This document shows positions 29,679 to 41,535 of a stretch of 64,000 nt of DNA, piece after piece. The position numbers and the translations under genes were made by a program. Below the pieces are notes generated by a model. It was not told the DNA's origin. It searched no databases and was given only the letters and a program-made list of their open reading frames with translations. Numbering within the stretch: position 1 is the stretch's first letter; every line of letters starts with the position of its first letter. Source of the DNA: Pirellulales bacterium (GTDB taxonomy: Bacteria > Planctomycetota > Planctomycetia > Pirellulales > JAICIG01); the NCBI GenBank assembly GCA_040901675.1, contig JBBDYJ010000006.1, positions 61,288 through 125,287 of the forward strand, in the 5' to 3' direction.

Positions 29679-30521
29679 TTAGGTTGTTCGGCGGATGATC
29701 CAGTCGGCCAGGCGGGGGGAAAGTTGCATCAAGGCGAATAACAGCCGGGCGGTGCGGGGATAGATCAGCTCGCTCTGGCGGCGGCGGCAGGCCGCCAGGA
29801 TCGCCTGGGCCAGCTTCTCAGGGCGGATGGGCCGGGCACGCACGCCGGCCCCCGGCTGATGGGCCCGTTCGGGAAGACCCAAATCGTCGCCCCGCGCAAT
29901 GCGGTCGCCGGTCGGACGCGGTTCGTCACGAGCAATCGGCCCGGGGCACACCAACAGCACGTGCAATCCGTGGGGGGCCAACTCCAAACGCAACTGCTGC
30001 GTGTAGGCCGTGACCGCGAATTTGCTGGCCGGATAGGCGCCCACGTAGCGGGCGGCGGCCTTGCCCGCCAGCGAGCCGATGTTCACCAGGTGGCCGCGGC
30101 TGGCCAGCAAGTGCGGCAGGGCCGCCCGCGTGCAGCGGACCAGGGCAATGAAGTTCAACTCCATGAGCTGCTGAAAGTCGTCGGGAGTCGTGTCGACGAC
30201 GGCCCTCCGCATCGAGCGCCCGGCACAGTTGACCAGGACGTCGAGCCGCCCGAAGTGGTCCACGGTTCGAGCGATCATGTCGTCGACCGCGTTCTGGCGG
30301 GTGATGTCGGCCGGGACCGCCAGCGCGCGGCCTCCGGCCCGCTCGATGCCGCAGGCCGCGGCGGCCAGGGCATCGGCATTGCGGGCGGCGATGGCCACGG
30401 CGGCACCGCCGGCCGAGAGGGCCTCGGCAAGCGACCGCCCCAGGCCGCTCGATCCGCCGGTGACCAGCGCAACCTTTCCCTGCCAGTAACCGATCTGGGC
30501 TGCTGTCACGCTTGGAGTCAT
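29679..30521 (-). CDS. SDR-family oxidoreductase
   Basis: TGGSSGLG, LVNCAG, YPASK. Confidence 0.92.
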   Translation of the reverse strand: MTPSVTAAQIGYWQGKVALVTGGSSGLGRSLAEALSAGGAAVAIAARNADALAAAACGIERAGGRALAVPADITRQNAVDDMIARTVDHFGRLDVLVNCAGRSMRRAVVDTTPDDFQQLMELNFIALVRCTRAALPHLLASRGHLVNIGSLAGKAAARYVGAYPASKFAVTAYTQQLRLELAPHGLHVLLVCPGPIARDEPRPTGDRIARGDDLGLPERAHQPGAGVRARPIRPEKLAQAILAACRRRQSELIYPRTARLLFALMQLSPRLADWIIRRTT

Positions 30522-30607
30522 TCGCAGGGCGGGGCTCCTGCCGAGCCACACCGGACTGGGACCGGCTCGGCAGGAGCCGCGGCGCGCAGCGGATCTCCGG
30601 GCGAGCT

Positions 30608-31903
30608 TCAGGCGTCGACCTGATAGGGTTGCCGGGGAGTGCGGCTGAGCATGCCGTTGGCTTCGCTGTCGCCCACGAACTGCTCGGCGGCCGCATCCCA
30701 GTTGAGCTTTCGACCCAGCCGCAACGATATATTCGCCAGGTGGCAGGCGCTCACCGAGCGGTGCTGGCTGACCACGTCGGAAATCGGCTGCTCGCGGTTC
30801 TTCACGCAGTCGAAGAAGTTGGCCATGTGGTCGCCGCTCTCGTAGAGCCGGATCGCGTCGGAGGGGAGCGGATTCTCGGCCAACTGCTCGACCGGCTTGC
30901 CGGTGAGGCGGCCGCGGTTGACGTAGATGCGGCCCTGGTCGCCTTCGAACAGAACTCCCTCGTCGCCCAGCACGACTTGGAGCTGGACGTCGTTGGGGTA
31001 GGTCATCTCGACGGTGAAGTCGGCCGGCGTGTTGTACGAGTTGGCGCCCTGGGCCGCGGAGATTCGCTCGTACTCCTGGGCAGCCATCTTCCCCTCGATG
31101 GTGATGGGACCGGCCTGCTCGACGCCCATGCCCCAATGGGCGATGTCCATGTGGTGAGCGCCCCAGTCGGTCATGATGCCGCCGGAGTACTCGTACCACC
31201 AGCGGAAGGTGAAATGGCACCGCTGGCTGCAGTAGTCGTGAGCGGGCGCTTGGCCTTGCCAGACCTCCCAGTTGAGGTGGCCGGGTGCAGGGAGGGTTTC
31301 GAAGGGCCCGCCGACCTGGGTGGATTTGGGGAGCGAGACGGTGACTTTTTTCAGCTTGCCGAGGCGGCCGTTTCGGACCAGCTCGCAGGCGGTCCGGAAG
31401 CGGGTGTCGCTGCGCTGCTGCGTGCCGACTTGCAGGATGCGGCCGGTTTCCTGGACGGCCCTGACGAGCAGCTTGCCTTCGTCGACGGTGAGCGTCAACG
31501 GTTTCTCGCAGTACACATCCTTGCCGGCGCGCAGTGCATAGAGCGCGTTGGCGGTGTGCCAGTGGTCGGGGGTGCCGATGGTCACCGCCTGGATGTCTTT
31601 TCGATCGAGCAGCTCACGGTAATCTTCGACGATTTCCGCCTTGCCGCCGAATCGCTGGCGGGCGGCCTCGGCGTGGTTGCGATCGACGTCGCAGACCGCC
31701 ACGATGTCGCCGAAGCGCGTGGCGGACGCGGCGATGCCGGTCCCCTGTCCTCCCAGGCCGATGGCGCCCAGGACAAAGCGGTCGTTCTTGCCGGCCTTGG
31801 CGACCGAGGCGGAACTGAACCAGTAGCCGGCAGCCGCCCCGGCGCCAACCAACTTGGCACTGTCGGTCAAGAACTTTCGTCGGGTCGAGCGGGATCGGCT
31901 CAT
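30608..31903 (-). CDS. Tat-exported Gfo/Idh/MocA oxidoreductase
   Basis: TRRKFL, IGLGGQG, TPDHWH, CEKP, DWGAHHMD. Confidence 0.92.
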   Translation of the reverse strand: MSRSRSTRRKFLTDSAKLVGAGAAAGYWFSSASVAKAGKNDRFVLGAIGLGGQGTGIAASATRFGDIVAVCDVDRNHAEAARQRFGGKAEIVEDYRELLDRKDIQAVTIGTPDHWHTANALYALRAGKDVYCEKPLTLTVDEGKLLVRAVQETGRILQVGTQQRSDTRFRTACELVRNGRLGKLKKVTVSLPKSTQVGGPFETLPAPGHLNWEVWQGQAPAHDYCSQRCHFTFRWWYEYSGGIMTDWGAHHMDIAHWGMGVEQAGPITIEGKMAAQEYERISAAQGANSYNTPADFTVEMTYPNDVQLQVVLGDEGVLFEGDQGRIYVNRGRLTGKPVEQLAENPLPSDAIRLYESGDHMANFFDCVKNREQPISDVVSQHRSVSACHLANISLRLGRKLNWDAAAEQFVGDSEANGMLSRTPRQPYQVDA

Positions 31904-32039
31904 GTCGATTTTCTCCAATGGGGCCGGCGGTGGGATTTGACGGTGGTCGGATTCTCGTTTTTTTCGCGGGGACGAGCGGGCAAAGCGACGACTAGTCTAG
32001 ACTAAGAGTGGTCATTTGTCATTTGTCATTGGTCATTTG

Positions 32040-32639
32040 TCATTGGGGTTCCTCGTTTCCCTTGACGCTGAATCGCGTCACCTGCCACTGGACGTCGATG
32101 TCGAGCGACTCTTCGAGCACGGCCCGCTCGTATTTCTTCGGGTAGCCGAACCGGTCATCGAACTCGGCACGCAGCACGACCTGGGTGCCGGCCGGGGCGT
32201 TGAATCCGGCCGGATCCCGGACGTGCTCCAGTTCTTCGCGCATGAAACCGAACAGCCCCTCGACGGTCCAGGAATCCCACGTAGCCCGCCGGGGAGATAC
32301 CCCGTTGCGGCGGACGGCGGCGGCCCGGCCGTCGCGGACCTCGACCTGGTAATTGCCGGAGGCCCGCCCGGAGATGACGATCTCCAGATCGTAGTTGTCG
32401 GGCCCGCGCCGCTGCCAGAGGGCTTCGGCCGCGTCCAACCGCTGGAGCGTCAATAGCGGGAGCGGGTTGCGGTTGACGAGCAGGATGACCACCGCTGCCA
32501 GCAGGGTCAGCGTGGCGCCCATGGCGGCGCCGGCCACGACCGCGCTGGGGCGCAGCGAGGGTCTTCTTCGGCCGGATGGGCCGGCGGAAAAAGTCGGGGT
32601 CTCGTCACGAACCGGAGGGTCTTGGGCGCTGTCAAGCAT
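32040..32639 (-). CDS. Membrane-anchored hypothetical protein (DUF6174-like; start uncertain)
   Basis: One TM helix, W...GPDNY, VEVRDG, TVEGLF, FD..FGYP. Confidence 0.6.
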   Translation of the reverse strand: MLDSAQDPPVRDETPTFSAGPSGRRRPSLRPSAVVAGAAMGATLTLLAAVVILLVNRNPLPLLTLQRLDAAEALWQRRGPDNYDLEIVISGRASGNYQVEVRDGRAAAVRRNGVSPRRATWDSWTVEGLFGFMREELEHVRDPAGFNAPAGTQVVLRAEFDDRFGYPKKYERAVLEESLDIDVQWQVTRFSVKGNEEPQ

Positions 32640-32799
32640 TTGGCGGCCACTGGCCAGCGGAGCGTGCCGGCAGTACATTGCGAGGGCAACAAGGCTTGGC
32701 GCATTGTGCTGGTCGGCCTTGGGTGCCGTCAATCGGTGGTTCGCCTCGATCGGCATCTTCATCTGCCGGTAGTTGATTCAAGGGGGTTGCGAGCGAGTC

Positions 32800-34014
32800 A
32801 TGCCCACCTGTGTTCTGGCTTATTCGGGCGGTTTGGACACCTCGGTCATCCTGGGCTGGCTTCAGGACGAAGGATACGAGGTGCACGCGGTGTACGTCGA
32901 TCTGGGCCAACCGTGCGAGGACCGGCAGGCGATTCTGGACAAGGCCCGGCACTGTGGGGCCGCCTCGGCGCGGGTTGTCGATGCGAAGGAGGAACTGTGC
33001 CGGGACTTCGCCTTCCCGGTGCTGACCTGGCAAGCCCGCTACGAGGGGGTTTACCTGCTCGGCACGTCGATAGCCCGCCCGCTGATCGCCAAGGCTTGCC
33101 TGCAGGTGGCCCGCGAGGTCGGCGCCGACGCGTTTGCTCACGGCGCCACCGGTAAGGGGAACGACCAGTGCCGCTTCCAGCTCGCGGCCGAGGCGCTCGG
33201 TCCGGCCGTCGAAGTGATCGCCCCCTGGCGGCGCGAAAAGTTCCGCCGGTTGTTTCCGGGCCGCAAGGAGATGATCGATTTTTGCCGGCAGAAGCAGATT
33301 CCGGTGAAGGCGTCGTCCGCGAAGCCGTACAGCTCGGATGAAAACTGCCTGCACATCAGCTATGAAGCCGGCAAGCTGGAAGACCTCTCGGTGCACGGCT
33401 TCGAGCTGATCGATTTCGGCATGACGGTTTCGCCGCAGCAGGCGCCGGACCGCAGCGAGGCGGTGACCATCGGCTTCGAATCGGGCGTTCCGGTGACGCT
33501 CGACGGGCGGCGCCGCAGCGCGTACGAGATGGTGGCCGAGCTGAACCGCATCGGCGGGCGCAACGGGATCGGGCGGGTGGACGTGGTGGAGAACCGCTTC
33601 GTGGGAATGAAGAGCCGCGGCGTTTACGAGGCGCCCGGCATGACGGTGCTGTACGAGGCGCACCGGCTGGTCGAACAGCTTACGCTCGATCGCGACCTGG
33701 CCCATCTGCGCGACCGGCTGGCCCCCGAAGTGGCGGAGATGGTTTATTACGGCTTTTGGTACCATGCCAAGATGGACGCCTTGATGGCCTTCATCCGCGA
33801 GGCGCAGCGGAACGTGACGGGCGAGACCACGCTCGAGCTGTACAAGGGGAACATGTCGGTGGTCAGGCGGTCGAGCCCCGTGAGCCTGTACGACGAGGGG
33901 ATCGCCAGCATGGAAGGCGGCGGCGCGTACAACCAGACAGACGCCGAAGGCTTTTTGCGAATCCAGGGGCTGCCGGGTCGAGTGCAGGGAAGAATCAGGC
34001 CCAGGACATTCTAG
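32800..34014 (+). CDS. argG: Argininosuccinate synthase
   Basis: LAYSGGLDTS, HGATGKGNDQ, ENRFVGMKSRGVYEAPG. Confidence 0.96.
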   Translation: MPTCVLAYSGGLDTSVILGWLQDEGYEVHAVYVDLGQPCEDRQAILDKARHCGAASARVVDAKEELCRDFAFPVLTWQARYEGVYLLGTSIARPLIAKACLQVAREVGADAFAHGATGKGNDQCRFQLAAEALGPAVEVIAPWRREKFRRLFPGRKEMIDFCRQKQIPVKASSAKPYSSDENCLHISYEAGKLEDLSVHGFELIDFGMTVSPQQAPDRSEAVTIGFESGVPVTLDGRRRSAYEMVAELNRIGGRNGIGRVDVVENRFVGMKSRGVYEAPGMTVLYEAHRLVEQLTLDRDLAHLRDRLAPEVAEMVYYGFWYHAKMDALMAFIREAQRNVTGETTLELYKGNMSVVRRSSPVSLYDEGIASMEGGGAYNQTDAEGFLRIQGLPGRVQGRIRPRTF

Positions 34015-34025
34015 CGAAAGTGTCT

Positions 34026-34136
34026 ATGCATTCCTGGCACGACATCTATCTCGACGACGAAGTGATCGAAACATCGTTCCCGGTCGTCATCGAGGTTCCC
34101 AGGGGGAGCAAGAAGCCGGCAGTGAAAACGGAATGA
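34026..34136 (+). pseudogene. ppa: 5' fragment of a soluble inorganic pyrophosphatase
   Basis: MHSWHDI...FPVVIEVPRGSK matches the family I PPase N-terminus and stops after 36 codons. Confidence 0.7.
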
Positions 34137-34158
34137 ATTCCGTTCTACGGTGCGGGCG

Positions 34159-34707
34159 CTAATTGATCAGGATGGGGCGGGGAGGGCCGCCGGCGTCGGG
34201 GTCGCGGCGCTCCCACTCGCGCCGCAGCTCGCCCAGGCCGTAGGCGCATAGCTCGAAGTCGTGGCTGAGCCGCTCCAGGACTTCGTTCTCGCCGGCGCTG
34301 TCCTTGGTCTCGATCGTGCTGGCGATGTAGTAAGCCCGCTTGCCCTGCTCGCAGTAATCCACGAAGTGGTCCAGCCGGGTCGGTTTCTGCAGCCGCCGCA
34401 AGGCTTCCGGATAGACCCCGGTCCAAAACAGCGTGAAGTCGCCGATGTGCCGGTGTACCTCCCGGCGGGGGTCGCCGATGCGGGCCTCCGCTTCCAGCAG
34501 CATCTCGGCCACCTCCTCCAGACGGCGGCCTGACGGTGCGCGGACCGTATAGATGGCGTCGCAGTGCACGAAACGCGTGAGCAGTGCGGAGATATACTCC
34601 ACCAGCGGGGGGTCGGCCACTCCAAGCCGGGAGTGAAAAGTGTATTCCGCCAGACCGGAAAAAAATCGGTAAAGCGGTGCGTGAGAACGCTTTAAATCCA
34701 TCGCCAT
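34159..34707 (-). CDS. Conserved hypothetical protein
   Basis: RHIGDFTLFWTGVYPE...Y...GKRAYYIAS; coherent ORF with an AGGAGG RBS. Confidence 0.75.
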   Translation of the reverse strand: MAMDLKRSHAPLYRFFSGLAEYTFHSRLGVADPPLVEYISALLTRFVHCDAIYTVRAPSGRRLEEVAEMLLEAEARIGDPRREVHRHIGDFTLFWTGVYPEALRRLQKPTRLDHFVDYCEQGKRAYYIASTIETKDSAGENEVLERLSHDFELCAYGLGELRREWERRDPDAGGPPRPILIN

Positions 34708-34961
34708 CGGCCTCCTGCTAACCACAAAGCCGGCATGCCCGCGCGATCGCTTGCCCGGCCAGGAGGATCTGCCTCTGGATCTATCGGCAGGCTGGAAGCC
34801 TACGCTACGACGATTGGGCGATCTCCCTTGCAAGTTTACGCAACGAAATCCGGCCCGGTCAAGCAGTCACAGTGGGATAGGGAGGAATAAATTGATAGCG
34901 AAGGATGGTGAAGATAGATAAATCGGTGGAACGGCGGGAGGACGGCCCGGGGCGCCTGTCC

Positions 34962-35768
34962 CTACTGCTTGTTGAGCGCCGCCAATAGCGTCGAAACATA
35001 GTCGCCGACCTCGCCCAGCACCTGGGCGCGCGGGCGGGTGCCGGCCTCGGCAATGCGGCGCACAATTGCCGAACCGACGATCAGTCCATCGGCGACGGGC
35101 GCCAGCACCTCGACGTGTTGGGGCGTGGAAATGCCGAAGCCGATACAAATCGGCAACTCGGTTTGTTCGCGGAGCCAGCCCACGTCGTCCAGCAGCGAGT
35201 CGGGCAACGTTGTCCGCTCGCCGGTGATCCCGGTGACCGATACGTAGTAAAGGAAGCCGGTGGAACTGGCGGCAATGCGCACTGCTCGCGGCCGCGGCGT
35301 GGTCGGCGTAACCAACTGAACCAGGCTGAGGTCGGCCGCACCGCATAGCTCCGCCAGCCCAGCCGACTCCTCGACCAGCAGATCGGGGACGATCAAGCCC
35401 GCCACGCCGGCCCTGGTGGCCTCGGCCACATACCGCTCGGGACCACGACGGTGGATGATTGCATAGCTGACCATCGTCACCAGCGGCATCGACAGCCCGG
35501 CGCCCGCACGGCCGGCCATCTCGAGGATTTGCGACAGCTTCACCCCCCTGGCGAGCGCCCGGGTGTAGGAGGCCTGGATGACCGGCCCGTCGGCAATGGG
35601 GTCGCTGTAAGGAATCCCCAGCTCACAGAGATGGGCGCCGCGGCGGGCCAGCTCGGCCAGCACGTCGGCGGTGAACTCGAGATCGGGATCGCCGGCCGTG
35701 ATGAAAGGCATCAGCGCTTTTTGGCCGCGCGAGCGAAGCTGCTTGAACAACTGGTCGATGGCCGACAT
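34962..35768 (-). CDS. trpA: Tryptophan synthase alpha chain
   Basis: ELGIPYSDPIADGPVIQ, IVPDL, GFGIS, DGLIVGSA. Confidence 0.96.
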   Translation of the reverse strand: MSAIDQLFKQLRSRGQKALMPFITAGDPDLEFTADVLAELARRGAHLCELGIPYSDPIADGPVIQASYTRALARGVKLSQILEMAGRAGAGLSMPLVTMVSYAIIHRRGPERYVAEATRAGVAGLIVPDLLVEESAGLAELCGAADLSLVQLVTPTTPRPRAVRIAASSTGFLYYVSVTGITGERTTLPDSLLDDVGWLREQTELPICIGFGISTPQHVEVLAPVADGLIVGSAIVRRIAEAGTRPRAQVLGEVGDYVSTLLAALNKQ

Positions 35769-35800
35769 TTCTCACCGCGCTTGCGTGCCGCCTTGGCCGC

Positions 35801-37003
<1,203 letters not shown>

Positions 37004-37287
37004 GGACTGGGTTGGTTTAGGAGGGTCGGGGTCGGCTGCGAAGCGGCCAACGTTAACGTTTGATTCTCGACCACCCTGGTCGGACGGTCAAGGGCGGGGG
37101 GGCAGCAGAAGGAGGAAGGCAGAAGGCAGAAGGAGGAAGGAGGAACAGCAGTGGTGTTGCCCACCCCTTTGTCCCCTCCGCCCGCCTGCGGTCCAATAGA
37201 GCGCCACACCTCAACGGCCGCATGAAATGCGATCACTACGAACGGACGGACCCCATAAATGGGGTCACTACGAACGCACTATCCGCC

Positions 37288-38157
37288 ATGCCTGAACTGC
37301 CTGAAGTCGAAACGATGAAGCGGGGGATCGCGGCCATTGTGGGCAGCCGGGTTGAGGGCGTACACCGCCCGCGCTGCCGGCTGAAGCCAATTGCGATCGC
37401 GCCGGGCCTGGCCACTTTTCGGCGGCGGGCGGTTGGCCGGCGGATCGCCGCGGTCGATCGGCGGGGCAAACGAGTGGTGATTCGGCTGGAAGGTGGGGGC
37501 GCTGGGTGGGGCGACTCAATCGTGCTGGAGCCTCGCATGACGGGCCTGGTGCTGTTGGCCGACTCGCCTGATGCCGAGCATCTCCGCTTCCGCCTGGAGC
37601 TGGCAGGCGGGCCGGCCAAGGAGGTGCTGTTTTGGGACCGGCGCGGGCTGGGGTCGGTTCGCCTCGTTTCACCGGCCGAGTTCGAGCGGCGCTATGGACT
37701 CGACTGCCTGGGACCCGATGCGCTGGGCATTACGCCCAAGTTGTTGCGAAGCCGCCTGGGCGCCAGCCGGCGCGAAATCAAGGTGGCCTTGCTCGATCAA
37801 CGCGCCGTGGCGGGCATCGGCAACCTGTATGCATCGGAGATCCTGCACCTGGCCGCCATTCATCCGCGGCGCCGTTGCGACCAGCTCCGCCCAATCGAGT
37901 GGCGGCGGCTGTGCCGTGCGATCGTGGAAGTGCTTGAAGAAGCGATCCGCTGCGAGGGCTCCACCTTGTCGGACGGCACTTATCGCAATGCTTTGAACCA
38001 GGCGGGCGCTTACCAGGCGCGCCACCGCGTTTACGACCGCGGCGGCCAGCGCTGCCTGACTTGCCGGCGGGCCGACGTGGTCCGGATTGTGCAGGCCCAG
38101 CGGTCGACGTATTTCTGCCCGGGGTGCCAACGGTCGTCATTGGTCATTGGTCATTAG
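37288..38157 (+). CDS. mutM: Formamidopyrimidine-DNA glycosylase
   Basis: MPELPEVET, RRGK, MTG, AGIGNLY, C-terminal CLTC...FCPGCQ zinc finger. Confidence 0.95.
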   Translation: MPELPEVETMKRGIAAIVGSRVEGVHRPRCRLKPIAIAPGLATFRRRAVGRRIAAVDRRGKRVVIRLEGGGAGWGDSIVLEPRMTGLVLLADSPDAEHLRFRLELAGGPAKEVLFWDRRGLGSVRLVSPAEFERRYGLDCLGPDALGITPKLLRSRLGASRREIKVALLDQRAVAGIGNLYASEILHLAAIHPRRRCDQLRPIEWRRLCRAIVEVLEEAIRCEGSTLSDGTYRNALNQAGAYQARHRVYDRGGQRCLTCRRADVVRIVQAQRSTYFCPGCQRSSLVIGH

Positions 38158-38309
38158 TCATTGGTCATTGGTTCCGCCTGCGGCCGACTTGCAGCCCAGT
38201 CAGAGGTCAGGGGTCAGAAAAAGTTTGCAGATCGTCGCGGAACGGGGTTTAATGATTGGGCTGCTTCCGGCCTGGAAACTTATCACCTGTCTCCCGCCCA
38301 TGGAGGTCT

Positions 38310-39365
38310 ATGATGCAACGCCAGAGAATTGCCTGTCCCGATTGCGACGCCCTGCCCAATGGCCATTCGACCGCCGACGGCGTCAACCGCCGGGTGTTCT
38401 TGAAAGTAGCCGGCGCTACCGCCCTGGCAGCCGGGGGCTTGCCATCGATCGCCAGCGCGGCCGCTGGCGCCGGCAAGCCCGAATCGCTGGTCAAGGTCCT
38501 CTACGACAGCCTGTCGGAAGAGCAGCGCGGCAAGATCTGCTTTGCCTGGGACCACCAGCACCCCCAGCAGGGCCTGCTGCGCACGCGGGTGGCCAATAAC
38601 TGGCACATCACGGAGCCGGACATCGGCAGCAGCTTCTACAATGCCGACCAGCAGGCGATGATCCGCGACATCTTCGAGGGGATTATCCAACCCGACTGGC
38701 ACAAGCGGATCGACAAACAGCTCGAAGACGACGCCGGCGGTTATGGCGTGGACCAGAACATCGCCATCTTCGGCTCGCCCGGCGAGGGCAAGTTCGAGTT
38801 CGTGATGACCGGCCGTCACATGACCTTGCGATGCGACGGCAATTCGGCCGACCACGTGGCCTTCGGCGGGCCGATCTTCTACGGCCATGCCGCCAGCGGG
38901 TTCGACGAACCGGCCGACCACGACGGCAACGTGTTCTGGCCGCAGGCGGTCGAAGCCAACAAGCTGTTCGAGATGCTCGACGGCCGCCAGCGCGAGATTG
39001 CGCTCGTGGAAAAGCTGCCGCGGGAGCAGCATGTGGCGTTTCGCGGCACGGCGGGCGGCTTTCCGGGCATTCCGGTCAGCGAGATGTCGTCCGATCAGAG
39101 GGAGCACGCCCAGAAGGTGCTGCAGAAGCTGATCGAGCCGTATCGCCAGGAAGACCAGGACGAAGTGGTGGCCTGCTTGAAGGCCCAGGGAGGCCTCGAC
39201 AAGTGCGCGCTGGCCTTCTACAAGGAAGGCGACATCGGCGGCGACGGCGTCTGGGACTGCTGGCGGCTCGAAGGGCCCGCGTTCGTCTGGTACTTCCGCG
39301 GCAGCCCGCACGTTCACGTGTGGGTGAACGTGGCGAGCGACCCCTCGGTGACGACGAACACGTAG
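38310..39365 (+). CDS. Tat-exported DUF3500-like protein
   Basis: NRRVFL signal; AIFG.P, GRHMT, FYG, WRLEGP, HVH. Confidence 0.75.
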   Translation: MMQRQRIACPDCDALPNGHSTADGVNRRVFLKVAGATALAAGGLPSIASAAAGAGKPESLVKVLYDSLSEEQRGKICFAWDHQHPQQGLLRTRVANNWHITEPDIGSSFYNADQQAMIRDIFEGIIQPDWHKRIDKQLEDDAGGYGVDQNIAIFGSPGEGKFEFVMTGRHMTLRCDGNSADHVAFGGPIFYGHAASGFDEPADHDGNVFWPQAVEANKLFEMLDGRQREIALVEKLPREQHVAFRGTAGGFPGIPVSEMSSDQREHAQKVLQKLIEPYRQEDQDEVVACLKAQGGLDKCALAFYKEGDIGGDGVWDCWRLEGPAFVWYFRGSPHVHVWVNVASDPSVTTNT

Positions 39366-39594
39366 CAGTGAATAGTGGTCGGTGGTCGGTGGGCAGTAGT
39401 TAGCGGTCAATCGCAGAAAGCCGCTGCGCGAGGATGACGCGGACGGCGCCGGCGATCCGCGCCACCGGCGGCGTGCCATCGGCTTGCACGGCTGAAACGC
39501 CTGTTGTAATCTGGCGACGGCGCACAAGACGCCACTCGCGGAGCGAGTGGCCCACATTCAGCCTGGGCGATTCAGCTTTGGGAGGCATGGCATC

Positions 39595-40701
39595 ATGGCA
39601 AGCGACAAGAAGGTCCGCGTGGCGATCATCGGTCTGGGCTTCGGCGCGGAGTTCATCCCTATCTACCAGAACCATCCGCGCGCGGAGCTATACGCGATCT
39701 GCCAGCGGAGCGAGTCGAAGCTCAACCAGATCGCCGACCATTTCAACGTCAAGGTGCGGTACACCGATTACCAGCAGGTGTTGAACGACCCGAACGTCGA
39801 CGCCGTCCACATCAACACGCCGATACCGGATCACGGGCCGCAAAGCCTGGCGGGCTTGAAGGCCGGCAAGCACGTGGCCTGCACGGTGCCCATGGCCACC
39901 AGCGTCGAGCAGTGCCGGGCGATCGTCGAGGCGCAGCGGGCCAGCGGCAAGCTGTACATGATGATGGAGACGGTTGTTTACAGCCGCGAGTTCCTGTTCG
40001 TGAAGCAGCTTTACGAGAGCGGCGAGCTGGGCAGGATCCAGTTCTTGCGGGGCAGCCACCAGCAGGAGATGGCGGGCTGGCCGGGCTACTGGGAGGGATT
40101 GCCGCCGATGCACTATGCCACCCACTGCGTGAGCCCCTGCCTTTGCCTGCCGGGCAAGCGGGCCGAGAGCGTCGTCTGCCACGGATCGGGCCGGATCAGC
40201 GAGAAGCTGGCGTCGAAGTACGGTTCGCCGTTTGCCGTGGAAACCGCCACCATCAAGATGGCCGACTCGCCCTTGTGCTGCGAGGTGACCCGTAGCCTGT
40301 TCGAGACGGCCCGGCAGTATATCGAGAGCTTCGACGTTTACGGCGACAAGGTGGCCTTCGAATGGCCGCGTGTCGAGCATGAGCCGTGCGTGCTGCACCG
40401 GGGCGAAACGCCCGAGCGGGTCGAGGTGCCCGACTTTGCCCACCTGCTGCCGGAACCGATTCGCAAGTTCACGACCAAGGGCGTTTACGACGCCGAAGGA
40501 TCGCAGCACCTCTCGTTCATTCAGGGGAGCGGTCACGGCGGCTCGCATCCGCACCTGGCGCACGCCTTTGTCACCGCCATTTCCGAAGGCCGGCCCCCCA
40601 TGCCCGATGCCGAGACGAGCGCCAACTGGACGATGACGGGCATTTGCGCGCACGAGTCGGCGATGAAGGGAGGCGAGCGGGTGGCGGTTCCCCAGTTGTA
40701 A
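39595..40701 (+). CDS. Gfo/Idh/MocA oxidoreductase
   Basis: VAIIGLGFG, VDAVHINTP, GKHVACTVP. Confidence 0.88.
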   Translation: MASDKKVRVAIIGLGFGAEFIPIYQNHPRAELYAICQRSESKLNQIADHFNVKVRYTDYQQVLNDPNVDAVHINTPIPDHGPQSLAGLKAGKHVACTVPMATSVEQCRAIVEAQRASGKLYMMMETVVYSREFLFVKQLYESGELGRIQFLRGSHQQEMAGWPGYWEGLPPMHYATHCVSPCLCLPGKRAESVVCHGSGRISEKLASKYGSPFAVETATIKMADSPLCCEVTRSLFETARQYIESFDVYGDKVAFEWPRVEHEPCVLHRGETPERVEVPDFAHLLPEPIRKFTTKGVYDAEGSQHLSFIQGSGHGGSHPHLAHAFVTAISEGRPPMPDAETSANWTMTGICAHESAMKGGERVAVPQL

Positions 40702-40718
40702 ATGTTCCCCGGTTGTAA

Positions 40719-41390
40719 ATGGCGCAGTCCGAAAACGTGCTGGGGCTGTTTTTGCACCTGGCCCGGGCCAGCGAGCAACGCAACCGCCCCTGGGTCCGCG
40801 ACAAGTTCCTGGTGCTGGCCGCGGTGACCGCTTCGCAGGACGGGCTGGAGCAGATCGCCGCCTTCTGCCGCCGCAAGATCCTGTCCAACAATCCGGGCCA
40901 CCTGGTGGGGCACCACGAGTCGATCGCCGACGCCCTGGACGACGAGCGGTTCCGAGGGTTTCTGATCCAGCTCCGCAAGCGCTATTCGCGGGAGCGAGCC
41001 GAGCACATGCTCAGCTCGTTGGACATCGATCTGGCCAGCGAACGGGACTCGTATTTCAGCGACCACGAGTACGCGGCCGCGCTGTTGGGCACCTCGCCCG
41101 AGGAGCTGGAAGAGCTGTTCAACGGCCCGTGGCAGCCCGATACCGATGCGGGCGAGGAGTTCGCGGAAGATTCCGAGACCGAGCTCGTCCGTGAGCCGGG
41201 CGGCGGAGCCGCCGGGGAAACGGGCCGGCGACGGCTGCACGCTCTGCTGATCCTGCTGCTGGGGATACTGATCGGGTTTGTGTTGGCGCTGTTGGTTCCC
41301 CGGGTTGCGGGGGCGGCCCAGTGCGTCGGTGTTCCGCCGGTAGGGACCAGTTCCAATCTGCTTTTCGTGCCGGTTGTGCCCCTGGGGTAA
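40719..41390 (+). CDS. Hypothetical protein with a C-terminal TM helix
   Basis: Coherent 223-aa ORF downstream of the oxidoreductase. Confidence 0.7.
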   Translation: MAQSENVLGLFLHLARASEQRNRPWVRDKFLVLAAVTASQDGLEQIAAFCRRKILSNNPGHLVGHHESIADALDDERFRGFLIQLRKRYSRERAEHMLSSLDIDLASERDSYFSDHEYAAALLGTSPEELEELFNGPWQPDTDAGEEFAEDSETELVREPGGGAAGETGRRRLHALLILLLGILIGFVLALLVPRVAGAAQCVGVPPVGTSSNLLFVPVVPLG

Positions 41391-41535
41391 GAGGGGGCAA
41401 GCCGAGCGGGCGTTGGCAAAGCCGCGCTGCTCTGGCGGCCGAGTTCATACCGAGGGAGCACGACCCGGCGCGCCGGCGGCAAACATGCCGGTGTCCAGGG
41501 CGCGTGCCGCGGATTCACCCGAGGGTCATCGGCAG

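Noticed and set aside
30522..31220. N-terminal extension of the SDR ORF (513 aa)
   Set aside because: It overlaps the Gfo/Idh/MocA gene in another frame; the SDR fold starts near 30521.
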